A stretch of 64,000 nucleotides of DNA from Lachnospiraceae bacterium (GTDB lineage: Bacteria; Bacillota; Clostridia; Lachnospirales; Lachnospiraceae). The first letter of the stretch is position 1; every line of letters starts with the position of its first letter. This document shows, piece after piece, positions 62,966-64,000 of the stretch. The stretch lies in the NCBI GenBank assembly GCA_017526745.1, contig JAFXQX010000001.1, positions 530-64,529 of the forward strand. The letters run 5' to 3'. Both the position numbers and the translations under genes were made by a program. The notes below the pieces were generated by a model. The model ran no database searches. It was not told where the DNA came from and worked only from the letters and a program-made list of their open reading frames with translations.

Positions 62966-64000
62966 GGCATACTTTTCAGTATTTACAATACTTTGCGAGG
63001 CTTGTCAGACTGATACCTGACTGATACCTCATCGAAAGGAATGATCTTTGCAAGGTCATTCCTTATTGTTTCGGCATTTGTATGGATACGTCTGTAGTGT
63101 CTTGTCATTGTGGCATCGGTGTGTCCGGCAAGATACTGTATATCCATTTCGGGCACATTTCCCTGATACAACCGGGTTATCATGTAGAACCTGATCTTGT
63201 GAGAAGACAGGTATCTGACTCCGACCTTGCGGCATACCTTCTCGAGCTTGGCATTGAACTTGTTGGTAGAGATCGGGTTGATCCCGTTTCCGTTGGCGAA
63301 AATGTACTCGTTGTTACCGGTAAGTTCCTTCAACTCGTCAAGAATGGCTCTTGCTTCCGTGGAAACAGGATAATAACGCATGCCTTCGTTCCTGCTACAT
63401 TTGGTGTGAGGCGTATCAACACTTATACAGCCGTTTTCCCTTCTCATCATGTGATGTATGTATATGGTGCCCCTTGTTTCGTCGTAATCTGACCATTTTA
63501 GAGCACGAAGCTCTGATATACGCATACAGAACTCAAATGCAAATCTGACGGCATATGCGTATACGCTCGGGTCATTCTTCAACGCATTGCAGATCGCGAT
63601 CTTTTCATCTTCCGTGTAGACATCATTTGAATTGTCATTCTCGGGTTTGAACTTCATCTTCGAAACGTCGACGGATCGGGCAACGTTGATCTCGATGGGC
63701 GGATTGTCCATTTCCATACATGCATATCTGAACAGTCCGTTGATAACGCATGAGATTTTGTTGAATGCCTTGCGTGTCAAATAGTTATTCTTCATGATGA
63801 GACGATATTCGTTCATGATATCCTTGGGCTTTACGATGGAGATCCTCTTTTTTGCAAGCGCCGTGTCCTTCAGATATTTATTCCATGTCTGAAGATCCTG
63901 ATCGACGGTTGCCTTGCAACACGTGTCGTAATTAAGTCTCCATTCCTGATATTCTTCAAAGACATCTTCAACGGCCGGGTCTATCTCCCTGAATGTGCCG
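62950..64000. mobile_element. left end of an integrative element inserted at the 3' end of tRNA-Pro
   Basis: The integrase stop codon lies 17 nt from the tRNA 3' end and the integrase is oriented toward the tRNA. The element body lies outside the window. Confidence 0.6.
62983..64000 (-). CDS. tyrosine recombinase / phage-type integrase (N-terminus beyond the window edge)
   Basis: The catalytic residues lie in RISELRALKW, SHKIRFYMITRL and AGHTDATMTRHY. The frame stays open from the annotated Met at 63816 to position 64000 (reading ...EYQEWRLNYDTCCKATVDQDLQTWNKYLKD...), so the gene is longer than the ORF-track call. Confidence 0.85.
   Translation of the reverse strand, partial: GTFREIDPAVEDVFEEYQEWRLNYDTCCKATVDQDLQTWNKYLKDTALAKKRISIVKPKDIMNEYRLIMKNNYLTRKAFNKISCVINGLFRYACMEMDNPPIEINVARSVDVSKMKFKPENDNSNDVYTEDEKIAICNALKNDPSVYAYAVRFAFEFCMRISELRALKWSDYDETRGTIYIHHMMRRENGCISVDTPHTKCSRNEGMRYYPVSTEARAILDELKELTGNNEYIFANGNGINPISTNKFNAKLEKVCRKVGVRYLSSHKIRFYMITRLYQGNVPEMDIQYLAGHTDATMTRHYRRIHTNAETIRNDLAKIIPFDEVSVRYQSDKPRKVL

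Overview
The window is a chromosomal stretch from a moderate-GC, Clostridia-type Firmicute. That assignment is an inference from several features: two perfect CIRCE/HrcA operators, addBA, a type III glutamine synthetase, a GH94 cellobiose phosphorylase, an ECF-type ThiT behind a TPP riboswitch, and AGGAGG-type ribosome-binding sites. I can support about 58 protein-coding genes, three complete tRNAs (Trp-CCA, Arg-ACG, Pro-UGG) and a truncated tRNA 3' end at the left edge. I also see one TPP riboswitch, two CIRCE elements, several sigma-A-like promoters, intrinsic terminators and a few coding tandem repeats.

Gene content, left to right:
- A MerR/GyrI-like regulator sits divergent from an S41-like lipoprotein.
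- A sugar ABC importer follows; shared operator-like sites link it to a distant LacI/GH94 cellobiose phosphorylase locus.
- A minus-strand GT-C / STAS-kinase / PHP gene string comes next.
- A tight six-gene amino-acid operon carries two aminotransferases, dapF and glnN.
- thiT, addBA and cell-envelope glyco-genes follow.
- Next come dGTPase, groESL and a divergent flagellin-like gene.
- A MacAB-type efflux system is next.
- A CIRCE-controlled Hsp20, an MraY paralog and two G3E (COG0523-type) GTPases follow.
- panE, an AraC regulator, an orphan cbiL-like gene and a carboxylesterase come next.
- A CPA2 antiporter, malic enzyme and the rdgB/yfcE pair complete the window.

From tRNA-Pro (62891) rightward the window enters an integrative element whose tyrosine integrase runs off the edge. 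I found no CRISPR array, no rRNA and no recognisable defence island.

The least-explained signals are these:
- A promoter-driven, roughly 135-nt structured leader carries a duplicated C-rich hairpin fused to tRNA-Arg.
- The malic-enzyme 5' leader has several hairpins and is C-rich, and it shares a hairpin-loop 9-mer with the tRNA-Arg leader.
- A STAS::kinase-fold fusion protein lies between a PHP phosphoesterase gene and a GT-C glycosyltransferase gene.
- An MraY paralog lacks the HHH motif and sits next to an unusual pair of G3E GTPases.
- A small phosphoribosyltransferase is paired with a Cys-rich mini-protein.

All functional calls come from motif recognition by eye. No database search was run.
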